A stretch of DNA of 64,000 bases from assembly GCA_965246885.1 (NCBI GenBank), contig OZ251992.1:3104001-3168000 (forward strand), in the 5' to 3' direction. The notes below the pieces were generated by a model. The model was not told the DNA's origin and made no database searches. It worked only from the letters and a program-made list of their open reading frames with translations. Of the stretch, positions 9,641-18,696 are shown piece after piece. The stretch comes from Abditibacterium sp. (GTDB lineage Bacteria > Armatimonadota > Abditibacteriia > Abditibacteriales > Abditibacteriaceae). The translations under genes were made by a program, and so were the position numbers. Within the stretch, counting starts at the first letter, position 1. Every line of letters starts with the position of its first letter.

Positions 9641-10906
9641 ATGAACTTCAAACCACTTGGCGCCACTTTGGGCGCCCTTCTTTTGGCGACGGCTTTGGCC
9701 GGATGCGGCGGCCCCGGCGGAAACGGCGGCGCCACGACTGGCGGCGCGACGGGCGCCACATCTGCGGGCGGGAGCGACACCATTGCCACCGTCGGAAGCG
9801 GCGCCGTCACGCGCGGGCAACTGTCGCAAACCCTCGAAGGCATCTACGGCGAGCAGGTTTTGCCCCAACTCATTGACACCCAACTCCTCGATGAGGCGCT
9901 CAAAGCCAAAAACGGGAGTGTTTCCGATGCCGAAGTGACCACCGAACTCGCGCGCATCGAAGACCAGAACCCTAACGTCAAGACTCTCGTAGATGGCGGC
10001 GGCGCGCGCGTCGAGGTCATCAAGAACCAATTGCGCCGCAATCTCGTCGTGCAAAAGCTGCTGACCGATGGCATCGCCGCCGACCCGACCAAAGAAAAGG
10101 CGTTCTACACTCAGTTCGCGTCCTACTACAATACCCCTGCGCAGAACAAGCTCGGTCTCCTCGTCGCTTCGACCAAAACCCGCGCCGACCAGTTGGCCCG
10201 CGCGCTTGCAGGCAAGCCCGACTCTTTCGCCGCTCTTGCCGCCGAACAAAAGGGTAAATCCAGCACCGACCCCTTCGCGGGGCAAAGCACCCCCGACACA
10301 GGCCGCTTTGAAGCCCCCGAAGAGTTCGGGACGGCGCGCGGCATCCCCACCCAGTTCGTCGCGCCCGTCGTCAAAGCCCTGGTCACCGCCAAAAAGGGAC
10401 AAATCTTGCCCGTCCAAGCCTTGCGGCCCACCGGCCCGTTCCTCATCGTCAAGGTCGTGGACAGAAAAGAAGCCACTAAACCAGACTTCGCCAAAAATCA
10501 GCCGCAAGTCGAGACCGACTACAAGATGGGACAAGCCGCCCTCGCTGAAATCAAGAAGAACCCGAAAAACCCCGGCACTCTCGAACAAAACGTCAAGCAA
10601 GTCGTGGATTATCTGTCGGCCCCCGACCCGCAGACCGGCCAACCCCGGCCCAAACCATCCCTGCGCGACGCCCTCACTTTCATCCTGCGCCCCGCCAGCG
10701 AAACCCTGCTCGAAAAGCTGCGCACGGGTGGCACCGTCCAAATCGCCGACGCGACTTATAAGACGGTCGCCAAAGCGTATCAGCCCCTTCCCGGCGCCCC
10801 AAGCGCCGTCGGTGGCTCCCCTACGGGCAACGCGGCCACCGGTAACTCCGCCGCGCCCGCTTCTAACTCGGCGGCCACCAACTCCGCCGCGCCTGCCAAG
10901 CCGTAA
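9641..10906 (+). CDS. PrsA/SurA-like foldase lipoprotein
   Basis: Lipobox LAGC, IATV...VT, LIDTQLL..A, VSDAEV, FAALAAE and parvulin-like elements with degenerate catalytic motifs. Confidence 0.65.
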   Translation: MNFKPLGATLGALLLATALAGCGGPGGNGGATTGGATGATSAGGSDTIATVGSGAVTRGQLSQTLEGIYGEQVLPQLIDTQLLDEALKAKNGSVSDAEVTTELARIEDQNPNVKTLVDGGGARVEVIKNQLRRNLVVQKLLTDGIAADPTKEKAFYTQFASYYNTPAQNKLGLLVASTKTRADQLARALAGKPDSFAALAAEQKGKSSTDPFAGQSTPDTGRFEAPEEFGTARGIPTQFVAPVVKALVTAKKGQILPVQALRPTGPFLIVKVVDRKEATKPDFAKNQPQVETDYKMGQAALAEIKKNPKNPGTLEQNVKQVVDYLSAPDPQTGQPRPKPSLRDALTFILRPASETLLEKLRTGGTVQIADATYKTVAKAYQPLPGAPSAVGGSPTGNAATGNSAAPASNSAATNSAAPAKP

Positions 10907-10921
10907 GGCGGGGTTTGTCTC

Positions 10922-11701
10922 ATGGAATCCTTTGACCGCCTCGCGCAACTGATGGCCCGCTTGCGCGCGCCCGATGGCTGCCCTTGGGACAAAGAACAAA
11001 CGCACGAGTCGTTGCGCCCGTATCTGATCGAGGAGAGCGCCGAAGTGCTGGACGCCATCAGCGAGGGCAACCCGCGCGAGTTGTGCGAGGAGTTGGGCGA
11101 CTTGCTGCTCCAAGTCGTCTTCCACGCACAACTCGCGGCGGAAGTGGGCGGGTTCACGCTCGACGACGTCTGCCAAGGCATCGGCGACAAGCTCGTGCGG
11201 CGCCACCCGCACGTCTTTGGCGACGCCGCCGCGCCAAGCGCCGATGATGTCAAGCCCTTGTGGGAAGCCATCAAGCGCGAAGAAAAAGCCGCGCGGGGCG
11301 AGAAAACTGCCTCCGCGCTCGACGGCGTTGCCACCGCCCTGCCCGCCTTGTCCGCCGCTCTGCACATCTCCAAGAAAGCCGCCCGCGTCGGCTTCGAGTG
11401 GCAAGGTGAGGACGGCGTGTGGGCCAAAGTGCGCGAGGAGTTGGACGAACTGCAAGAAGCGCGCGACGGCGGCGAATCGAAAGCGCGCCAAGCCGAAGAA
11501 CTCGGCGACCTCTTGTTCTCGGTCGTCAACATCGCGCGTTGGCGGCGCGTTGACCCGGAATTGGCGCTACGCGACGTGAACGCCAAGTTTCGCCGCCGCT
11601 TCGAGGCGATGGAGCGCGCCGCCCGCGCTGGAGGCCGCGAGCTTGATTCCCTTTCGCCAGAGGAATGGGAAACTCTTTGGCAAGCCGCCAAACGGGAGTA
11701 A
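10922..11701 (+). CDS. mazG: Nucleoside triphosphate pyrophosphohydrolase MazG
   Basis: LRAPDGCPWDKEQTHESL, EELGDLLLQVVFH, RRHPHVFG, second EELGDLLF, KFRRRF. Confidence 0.95.
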   Translation: MESFDRLAQLMARLRAPDGCPWDKEQTHESLRPYLIEESAEVLDAISEGNPRELCEELGDLLLQVVFHAQLAAEVGGFTLDDVCQGIGDKLVRRHPHVFGDAAAPSADDVKPLWEAIKREEKAARGEKTASALDGVATALPALSAALHISKKAARVGFEWQGEDGVWAKVREELDELQEARDGGESKARQAEELGDLLFSVVNIARWRRVDPELALRDVNAKFRRRFEAMERAARAGGRELDSLSPEEWETLWQAAKRE

Positions 11702-11710
11702 CCCGCCGCC

Positions 11711-12820
11711 ATGCCCACCCTCGCCGATCTTCTCGTTGCCCTTGACGCCCGTTTCCCCTTCGCGCGCGCCGAATCGTGGGACAAGACGGGCTTGCTCGTG
11801 GGCGAGCGGAGCGCGGAAGTTCGGCGCGTGCTGGTGTGCTACGAGGTGACAAACGCCGCGCTCGACTTGGCGCAAGAGAGCGGCTGCGAGGCGGTCGTGG
11901 CGTATCATCCCCTGATATTTAAGGCGCTGGAAAAGCTCGACTTCGCAGACCGGACGGCTCATTTATGCGCCCGACTGATTCGTCAAAATCAGGGGTTGAT
12001 TTGCACCCATACCGCCCTTGATGGCGCCGCGCCGCCGGGGGCATTGGGCGATGCGCTCGCGGCGCAACTGGGTCTTGTTGGCGCTCGTGTCCATCACCCA
12101 TCGGGCGCGCAAAAGTTAGTGGGCATCACCTACTTCATTCCGCCCGAACAGTTAGAAAGCACCCGCAACGCGGCGTGGGAAGCGGGCGCCGGAAAGGTAG
12201 GAAACTACGACGAGTGCAGCGCGTTGAGCAATAACCTCGGCACATTCCGGCCCTTACCGGGTGCGCGGCCCAGTGTGGGAGCCATTGGCACGCGCGAGGA
12301 AGCGCAGGAAGTGCGCGTCGAATTAATCGCGCCCGAAGACCGCTTTCCCGCCGTCATCGCGGCCATTCAAGGCGCCAGCAAATCGGCGGGGGGATACGAA
12401 GAAGTCGCGTATTTCGTGACTCCACTCCTCAACCGCGACGTCAACCAAGGCTACGGGCCGCTTCGCATCGCGTCTGTTCCAAGCGCATCGGTGGACGAGT
12501 GGAGCGCGCGAGCGCGCTCCAGTTTACATGCCCCTTCCCTGCGCATCGCCCGACCGGATGCGCCCACCCGCTTCGATCATGTCGCGTGCAGCCCCGGATC
12601 GGGCGCGGGTTTCATCGCGTCCCTGCCGCGCGGCACCATCTTCATATCCGGCGATTTCAAGCATCACGACGCCCTGCTCGCCCTCCATCGCGGCGTCGCC
12701 TTGATAGACGTGACGCACGCCGCGACCGAAACCGCTTCCATAGCATTCATGGCGAGCGCGCTCGCACCTTTAGCAGGTCTCGAAGTGGTCAAGGAGGCGC
12801 CGCGCAACCCGTTTGAATAA
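11711..12820 (+). CDS. Nif3-like dinuclear metal centre protein
   Basis: AESWDKTGLLVG, YHPLIF, HTALD, GAG..GNYDEC, YEEVAY, GDFKHH, HAATE. Confidence 0.9.
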   Translation: MPTLADLLVALDARFPFARAESWDKTGLLVGERSAEVRRVLVCYEVTNAALDLAQESGCEAVVAYHPLIFKALEKLDFADRTAHLCARLIRQNQGLICTHTALDGAAPPGALGDALAAQLGLVGARVHHPSGAQKLVGITYFIPPEQLESTRNAAWEAGAGKVGNYDECSALSNNLGTFRPLPGARPSVGAIGTREEAQEVRVELIAPEDRFPAVIAAIQGASKSAGGYEEVAYFVTPLLNRDVNQGYGPLRIASVPSASVDEWSARARSSLHAPSLRIARPDAPTRFDHVACSPGSGAGFIASLPRGTIFISGDFKHHDALLALHRGVALIDVTHAATETASIAFMASALAPLAGLEVVKEAPRNPFE

Positions 12821-12859
12821 GGCGCACGCGCCCCCTGCCTTGCCCTCAAACTTTCTCCC

Positions 12860-13549
12860 ATGAACCCCGCCCTTCTCAATTTGCAACACCTTGACTCCTC
12901 CATTTTGGCTTTATCGCGCGCCAAGAAAGCCTTGGACGATGGCACCGCCGCCCGCGCGCGGCGCGACGAAATGGCGCAACTCCTCGCCGCCGCACGCGCC
13001 GAAGCGACGGGCGTCGCGGCCACACGACGCGCGCGAGAAACGGAGCAGGAAGGCATCGAAACCAAAATCACCCGCCAAAAGGCGCGCTTGGCCGGAAGTT
13101 CCAGCGCGGGCGATGTCGCCGCGTTGGAGCGCGATTTGGTCGGGCTGTCCCACGCGCGCGGCGCGCTCGATGAGACCATCCTCGCACTCATGGACGAGGG
13201 CGAAGCGCTGCAAGGGCGCGTCACCCAACTCGAAGCCGAAGCCAAAGTTGCCGAAGCTGAAGCCGCGCGCGTCGAAGCGGAGTTCGCCGCGAAGAGTATC
13301 GAGTTGGACGCGCAGTTGGCGACGCAGCGCGCCAAACGGCCCGCGCTCGCCGCGAAGTTATCGGCCCTCGAAACCGAGAAATACGTCGCCTCCTTCAAAA
13401 AGCACGGCGGACTTGGCGTGAGCGAAGCCGTCAAGGGCGCGTGCAACGCGTGCGGAACGACGATGTCACACGACTTCCTGAAAGTGGCGCCGCGCGAGCC
13501 GTTCCCACAGTGCGAGTCGTGCGCGCGACTAATCTACGTGTCCCCCTGA
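12860..13549 (+). CDS. Coiled-coil protein with C4 zinc ribbon (DUF164-like)
   Basis: LQHLD start, long coiled coil, CNAC...CESCARLIY; typically adjacent to nif3. Confidence 0.85.
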   Translation: MNPALLNLQHLDSSILALSRAKKALDDGTAARARRDEMAQLLAAARAEATGVAATRRARETEQEGIETKITRQKARLAGSSSAGDVAALERDLVGLSHARGALDETILALMDEGEALQGRVTQLEAEAKVAEAEAARVEAEFAAKSIELDAQLATQRAKRPALAAKLSALETEKYVASFKKHGGLGVSEAVKGACNACGTTMSHDFLKVAPREPFPQCESCARLIYVSP

Positions 13550-13580
13550 GCGACACACGTCCGCCACCCGCCGACAGAGG

Positions 13581-13631
13581 CGCGGGACTCATCGGCGCGT
13601 ACGCGGACTCATCGGCGCGTGCGCGGGAACC
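13581..13631. repeat. 20-21-bp tandem repeat, about 2.4 units
   Basis: CGCGGGACTCATCGGCGCGTA / CGCGGACTCATCGGCGCGTG / CGCGGGAACC between convergent stop codons. Confidence 0.7.
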
Positions 13632-13662
13632 AGTGCCAGACGTCTGCCGACGGAAGAACGAC

Positions 13663-14223
13663 CTACGCCAACGGCCCACAGACGCGCGCTTCCGAGAAAA
13701 CGAAGTTCATGCGCCGGTCATGGGCTTCGGTGGGGACGTGGGGGACGATTTGGACGTCGAAACAAACGCCGATGGCGGTCATCGCGGGGGAAAGCGCCCG
13801 GTCATACCAACCGCCGCCGCTTCCCAATCGGCGGCCCTGCGGGTCAAAGGCCAAGCCGGGAACAAGCACGACGGAGGGCACGAGCGGCTCGCCATCGGTC
13901 GGCTCGCGCACACCCCACAAGCCGGGGCGAACAGCATTGAGCGAGGGGAGACGAAAAAACGACATGACGCGCGCGGCCACATCCACGCGCGGAGCGCACA
14001 GGGTGAAGTTGGCAGCGAGGAGGGTCTCAATGAGCGGGTCGAGCGAGAGTTCAACCGGGCGCGCGAGGTAGACGCCGATGACCTCGCTCCCTCGCGCACG
14101 GAGCAAGGGCCACAGGGCATCGGCGAGGGCACGCGCGGCGGCGGTGCGCGTGGTTTCATCGAGTCCTTCGCGGGCGATGCGGGCGGCGCCGCGCAGTCGC
14201 GCTTTGCGTTGAGCGGGGGTCAT
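13663..14223 (-). CDS. ygfA: 5-formyltetrahydrofolate cyclo-ligase
   Basis: KARLR, PRV, GVREP, LVPGLAFD..GRRLGSGGGWYDR, VPTEAHD. Confidence 0.92.
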   Translation of the reverse strand: MTPAQRKARLRGAARIAREGLDETTRTAAARALADALWPLLRARGSEVIGVYLARPVELSLDPLIETLLAANFTLCAPRVDVAARVMSFFRLPSLNAVRPGLWGVREPTDGEPLVPSVVLVPGLAFDPQGRRLGSGGGWYDRALSPAMTAIGVCFDVQIVPHVPTEAHDRRMNFVFSEARVCGPLA

Positions 14224-14373
14224 AACGGAAAGGGAGAGCCTTGTGTGTTATCCTTGAAGGGACGCGCACGCGCGCCACAGGGGAGAAGCCGAGACGCCGG
14301 GGGCGTCGTCGGCTTTTCTTTTGCCTTGTGGCGCATCGGAGCGGGCGCCCAATTTGGAGAACACACCTTTATT

Positions 14374-15510
14374 ATGGCACGAGGAGAAAACGCACTAATC
14401 GCTGTCGCGGGCGCACCCACCGCCGTGACGAACAACGCCATCGCTGGCATTTTGGACGAACTGGGGCAAAGCGACCATATCACCGAAATTTATGGCGCCA
14501 TCACCGGCTTGGCGGGTGCCTTGGACGGGCGCGTGGTTGATTTGGGCGCGCAAAAGCGCAAGACCATCGAAGGGCTACGCCGCACGCCCGGCTCAGTTTT
14601 GGGCGGGCGCGTGCGCTATTTGGGCGACGACGACGCGGCGCCCTTTGTCGCCGCCCTGAAGGGGCGCGGCATCGGCACGCTGTTCCTCATCGGCGGTTTG
14701 CCTGCCGTCGAACTTGGCAAGTTCGCCCTTGCCGCCGCCAAATCGGGAGGCTATGAACTGAGCGTGCTGGTTGTGCCCGCTTCGCCGGAAAACGAAGTGA
14801 CGGCGGGCGATCATTGCATCGGCTACGGATCGGCGGCGCGCGCCGCTTCGGTGGCCGCGCGCGATGGGGCACGCGGCGCACAGGGCGGCGAAGAGCCAAT
14901 CGTGGTGCTTGAAATCGGCGGCGCGGGCGCGGGTTGGCTCGCGGCCTCGACCGCTTTGGCGCGCGACGAATTCAACGCCGCGCCGCACTCCATCTTGTTA
15001 CCTGAACGCCCTGTAGACGTGGACGAACTGGTCGAAGAGACCCGCCGCGCCACCCAGAAGTACGGCTTCGCGCTACTGGTTACGACCGACGGCGCCAGTT
15101 CAACGGCGGGAGATTCGCTGGGTGGCGCCGCGCTCGCGGACATCTTGGCCGACCGCCTCAATTTGCCTTCGCGCTGGGATAAAATCGGGCTAATCACGAG
15201 CGTTTCGGGCGCCAACATCGCCCGCGCCGACGCCGACGAAGCCTACAACTTGGGCGCGCTCGTTGCTAAACTCAGCGTCGAAGACGCTTCTGGCTACGCC
15301 GTCGCGCTCAACAGGGCCGATGAAGGGCGCGGCGAGCGCGGCTACAAAGTCGTCGAAGCCAGCCTGCGCTTGGAGCAGGTCGAAGAGTTTCCCCGCACCT
15401 TACCCGACCATTATATTTCGGCCAGTGGCACCGGCGTGACCGAAGAGTTCTTGGAGTGGGCGCGTCCCCTGCTCGGCGGCGCGTTGCCTGAGTATGCGAC
15501 GTTGGGGTAA
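14374..15510 (+). CDS. 6-phosphofructokinase-family protein with degenerate active site
   Basis: PFK scaffold (GAPTAVTN, YGA..GLAG, RRTPGSVLG, DHCIGYGSAA, AGWLAA, ILLPE, VTEEFLEWARPL); catalytic motifs are altered. Confidence 0.8.
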   Translation: MARGENALIAVAGAPTAVTNNAIAGILDELGQSDHITEIYGAITGLAGALDGRVVDLGAQKRKTIEGLRRTPGSVLGGRVRYLGDDDAAPFVAALKGRGIGTLFLIGGLPAVELGKFALAAAKSGGYELSVLVVPASPENEVTAGDHCIGYGSAARAASVAARDGARGAQGGEEPIVVLEIGGAGAGWLAASTALARDEFNAAPHSILLPERPVDVDELVEETRRATQKYGFALLVTTDGASSTAGDSLGGAALADILADRLNLPSRWDKIGLITSVSGANIARADADEAYNLGALVAKLSVEDASGYAVALNRADEGRGERGYKVVEASLRLEQVEEFPRTLPDHYISASGTGVTEEFLEWARPLLGGALPEYATLG

Positions 15511-15511
15511 C

Positions 15512-16162
15512 TCAGTCCATTGTGAACCTTACGCGGTTGTTGAGGCACGCGGGGCAAGCGATGACGGTGCGGCCTTGTTCGTCGCGGCCCTCGAAGCGGT
15601 CGCGCGGGCCGAGATACCCGCACGCTTCGCAGCGCGGCCATTTGTTGAAGTTCGAGGCGGGCGGCTCGACTTCGGGCGGCACGGGCGCGGGCGAAACTTT
15701 CACGGTGGACGCCGAACGTGACGCGCTGGGCGGCACGCTGTAGCGAAAAGCGCGGCGCAGTTGCGCTTGGCACTTGGCCAGCAGAAGCGGTGGAAGGATG
15801 GGACGCACCATCACATCGTCCGCGCCCGCTTCGAGACAGTTAGTCAAGTAGCCAACGGAATCCGTCGCGGTCATCAGCATGATGGGCGCGTTGGTTTTAG
15901 AGCGCAGTTGCCCGACGAGTTCCAGGCCGAGGCAGTCGGGGAAGTCGTCGCCCACAAGGTAGAACTGCGGGCGCCACTCGGCCATCTGCTCCCACGCGGC
16001 GGCAGTAGTGGTGACGAGGCGCACTTGCAAGCGCTCGTGCTGTAGCGCACGCCCGCAGATGTTGCCCACCGCCTCGTTGGGTTCAACGATCAAAACGCGC
16101 GCGCCCCGGCGTTGTTCGCTGAGGCTATCGGGCGAGGGCGAAGAAGGTTGATTGGGCAACAT
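15512..16162 (-). CDS. Atypical response-regulator receiver domain + C-terminal C4 zinc ribbon
   Basis: RVLIVE, GLEL...LR, PIMLMTA, LEAGADDVM.RP; CEAC...CPAC; start placed at MLPNQ. Confidence 0.75.
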   Translation of the reverse strand: MLPNQPSSPSPDSLSEQRRGARVLIVEPNEAVGNICGRALQHERLQVRLVTTTAAAWEQMAEWRPQFYLVGDDFPDCLGLELVGQLRSKTNAPIMLMTATDSVGYLTNCLEAGADDVMVRPILPPLLLAKCQAQLRRAFRYSVPPSASRSASTVKVSPAPVPPEVEPPASNFNKWPRCEACGYLGPRDRFEGRDEQGRTVIACPACLNNRVRFTMD

Positions 16163-16411
16163 AGGGTTCAAGTGGACGCGAAGCGAGTGCTCCGTGTCCG
16201 CACGAATACGGTTTAACGCACCGCGCGGGGGCGAGCGCAAGGGGGAAAAGGCTACACTTTAGCCAAACGTCGCCACGCCCCAGAAATATCGGGCAGTGGA
16301 AGGCGGCTCCAGTGAACGCGCGCCCGTCCGGTCAGACCTTTAAAAGCCGGACGTTTCCCCTCGCAAGAGCGCGCACTCCTCCGGAGCCATCCCTTTCCAC
16401 GCCGGGCGCCG

Positions 16412-18286
16412 TTGCAAACACGAGGCGACACAGCCTCATACGGAGACAATTTGGAACCAAACAACGGATGGAGCGGGGCAAAAATCGCCCTGCTGGTTGA
16501 TTTCGACAACGTCGTGCTTGGCTTGGAAGACCCCGGCTTTGACATCGAACTTGTCGTGAACGCGCTCCGCGAGCGCGGCACCATCGTTCTGGGGCGCGTC
16601 TACGGCGACTGGTATCGCCATAACCGCCACCGCCGCAAGCTGATGGAGCAGGGACTCGAACTGGTCGAGACCCCCGCTTTTGGCCCGGTCATTAAAAACA
16701 GCGCCGACATTCGCATCGCCCTCGATGGCTTTGAGATCGGCCTCACGCAGCCGCACATAGACACCTTTGCCATCGTGTCGGGCGACTCGGACTTCCTGCC
16801 GCTCATCAAAAAGCTGCAATCTTTGGGGCGGCGCGTGCTCGTCATCTGCGGCAACCGCTTCACGAGCGACATGTTGCGCCGCAACTGCAACGAGTTCATC
16901 TCCTACGAGAACCTGCTCGCGCAAAGCATGGGCGCTTCCGAAGACGCGACGACCCTCGACGGCGCGTTCTCCTTATTACACCGCGCGATGGCGGCGCTGC
17001 GCGAACGCGGCACCGAAATACGCGGGTCGGGCGTGAAGCAGATGATGATTCAGTTGAATCCCGTCTTTTCCGAGAGGACATTTGGCTGCACGCAGTTCCG
17101 CCAGTTCCTCCAAAAGGCGGTCAACGCCGGGGTCGTCAAGCTCGGCCCGCGCGACAAAACATCGGGCGAGTTCCACGTCTTGCTCCCGGATGAGGACGAG
17201 GCGCCCATCCAACAGCGCGTCGAGCGCCGCGAAGAAAACCGCGCCCGCCGCGACGACAAATTCGCGCAAATCGCCGCCCGGATTAGTGCCGTTCCCGTTC
17301 CGGCCCGCCCATCGGTTGTAACCGAAGCCGACATGGACGACGAACCGGAACTCAGCGCTCTACCCGTCGGCGAAAGCGATTATGACGTGGACACCAACGG
17401 CGACTACGAAGGCGGCGCCGTCTTCGCGGACGACGCTTTCGGCTACGATCCCGAACCGATGTCGGTCGCCATGACCGAATCGCCGTCGGAAATCGCGCAA
17501 AACACCATCGCGCGCTCAGAATTGCTCTCGCGCGGATTGCGTTCCTCGAAGCGCCGTTTTTCCGGGCGCGGCGGACGCGCTCCGTTGGATATTGGAGACG
17601 TAGATTCGGTCGCCTTCGACATGGAAGCGGACGGCGACGAGGACGATGCTCCCGTTCTCGAAGTCGTGCCCGAAGCGCCCGCCGAAGAAGCGCCCGCGCC
17701 CGAAGCCGCCGCGCCGCCCACCGGCGAAAGCCGCCGCTTGCGCTCGCGCCGCCGCCGCCGCAGCGCGTCGGGCCAAATCACCGTCGTCGCCGAAGAACCG
17801 GCACCCGTTGACTTTGATTCAAGCGCTGCCGCAGATGGCAACGTGACGCTCGAATTCTCCAACGCCGTGCCGTCCGACAGCGACGACGAAGCGCCCGTCG
17901 AGGCTGCCCAAGGCGTCGAAGCGCCCGACGAAGAGATGGCGGAAATCCAAACCGCTCTCGATGAAATCAAGGGTGCGGGCGCCGCGCCGCTCGGCATTTC
18001 CGAAGGCGTCACCGTCGAAGTCAGCGCCCCCGCTTTGCCAGAGGGCACGCCCGAAGTCGAAGCCGCCGATCCCGCCGGAATTCCCGCAGAAGCGGCCAAG
18101 CCCAAGCGCCGCCGCCCCGCGCGCGCCAGAAAAGCTGCCCCCGAAGCGGAGGCCGCACCTGCCGAGGCCCCTGCCCCGGTTGAATCGCCCGCCGAGGTAG
18201 TGTCAGAGCCGCCCGTCGAAGCCGAAGCGCCCGCCAAGCCGCGCCGCCGCCGTCCCAGCCGCGCAAAGAAAGCGGAGGGAGAATAG
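16412..18286 (+). CDS. NYN-domain ribonuclease (LabA/DUF88) with OST-HTH/LOTUS domain and long disordered tail
   Basis: LLVDFDN, YGDW, KNSADI, IVSGDSDFLPL, CNEFI; F.ERTFGCTQFRQFL (LOTUS-like); start uncertain. Confidence 0.85.
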   Translation: MQTRGDTASYGDNLEPNNGWSGAKIALLVDFDNVVLGLEDPGFDIELVVNALRERGTIVLGRVYGDWYRHNRHRRKLMEQGLELVETPAFGPVIKNSADIRIALDGFEIGLTQPHIDTFAIVSGDSDFLPLIKKLQSLGRRVLVICGNRFTSDMLRRNCNEFISYENLLAQSMGASEDATTLDGAFSLLHRAMAALRERGTEIRGSGVKQMMIQLNPVFSERTFGCTQFRQFLQKAVNAGVVKLGPRDKTSGEFHVLLPDEDEAPIQQRVERREENRARRDDKFAQIAARISAVPVPARPSVVTEADMDDEPELSALPVGESDYDVDTNGDYEGGAVFADDAFGYDPEPMSVAMTESPSEIAQNTIARSELLSRGLRSSKRRFSGRGGRAPLDIGDVDSVAFDMEADGDEDDAPVLEVVPEAPAEEAPAPEAAAPPTGESRRLRSRRRRRSASGQITVVAEEPAPVDFDSSAAADGNVTLEFSNAVPSDSDDEAPVEAAQGVEAPDEEMAEIQTALDEIKGAGAAPLGISEGVTVEVSAPALPEGTPEVEAADPAGIPAEAAKPKRRRPARARKAAPEAEAAPAEAPAPVESPAEVVSEPPVEAEAPAKPRRRRPSRAKKAEGE

Positions 18287-18294
18287 GTTGTGTC

Positions 18295-18350
18295 GGGGCG
18301 CAGGCATCCCGCCTGCTTTAGCTTAAAAGCAGGCGGGACGTCTACGCGCC
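18295..18350. repeat. REP-like inverted doublet / terminator hairpin
   Basis: GGGGCGCAGGCATCCCGCCTGC ... GCAGGCGGGACGTCTACGCGCC; arms are themselves imperfect palindromes; lies between convergent genes. Confidence 0.65.
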
Positions 18351-18354
18351 GACC

Positions 18355-18624
18355 TTACGCCCAAGGGTCGGCGAGAGGCGGAGGCCCACCGGCGGGGCCG
18401 CCGGTTTTGGGCGCGTTGTCTTGGTAGCGGGTTTTACACTGCGGGCATTGCACCAAGGCGGTGATGCCCGACACGGGAATGGTCGGGATAATCCAGTAAA
18501 GGGTGATGAAGCGCATGCCCTTTTTCTCGATGAACTGCCCTTCAAAGCCACACTTGGAGCACTTCCAGATGCGTTGCGTGAGGGCGTTGCCCCACGCCCA
18601 GAATTTGACGCCGAAAACAATCAT
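18355..18624 (-). CDS. Small zinc-ribbon protein (zinc_ribbon_15-like)
   Basis: MIVFG, CSKC, FITLYWIIPTIP, CPQC. Confidence 0.75.
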   Translation of the reverse strand: MIVFGVKFWAWGNALTQRIWKCSKCGFEGQFIEKKGMRFITLYWIIPTIPVSGITALVQCPQCKTRYQDNAPKTGGPAGGPPPLADPWA

Positions 18625-18696
18625 AATGGTGAATTGACCCTTTTATTTTGCCATGTTGCCGCGTCGAGGGAAACATCCGCCCGCCGCGTCGTCTGT

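Noticed and set aside
9545..11491. Long antisense ORFs (also 37678-39387, 41124-42416, 49970-51835, 33825-35030)
   Set aside because: Opposite-strand shadows of well-supported genes, as expected at high GC; no recognisable motifs
13441..14373. N-terminal 311 aa of the 689-aa ORF
   Set aside because: Antisense shadow of ygfA; PFK homology begins at ATG 14374
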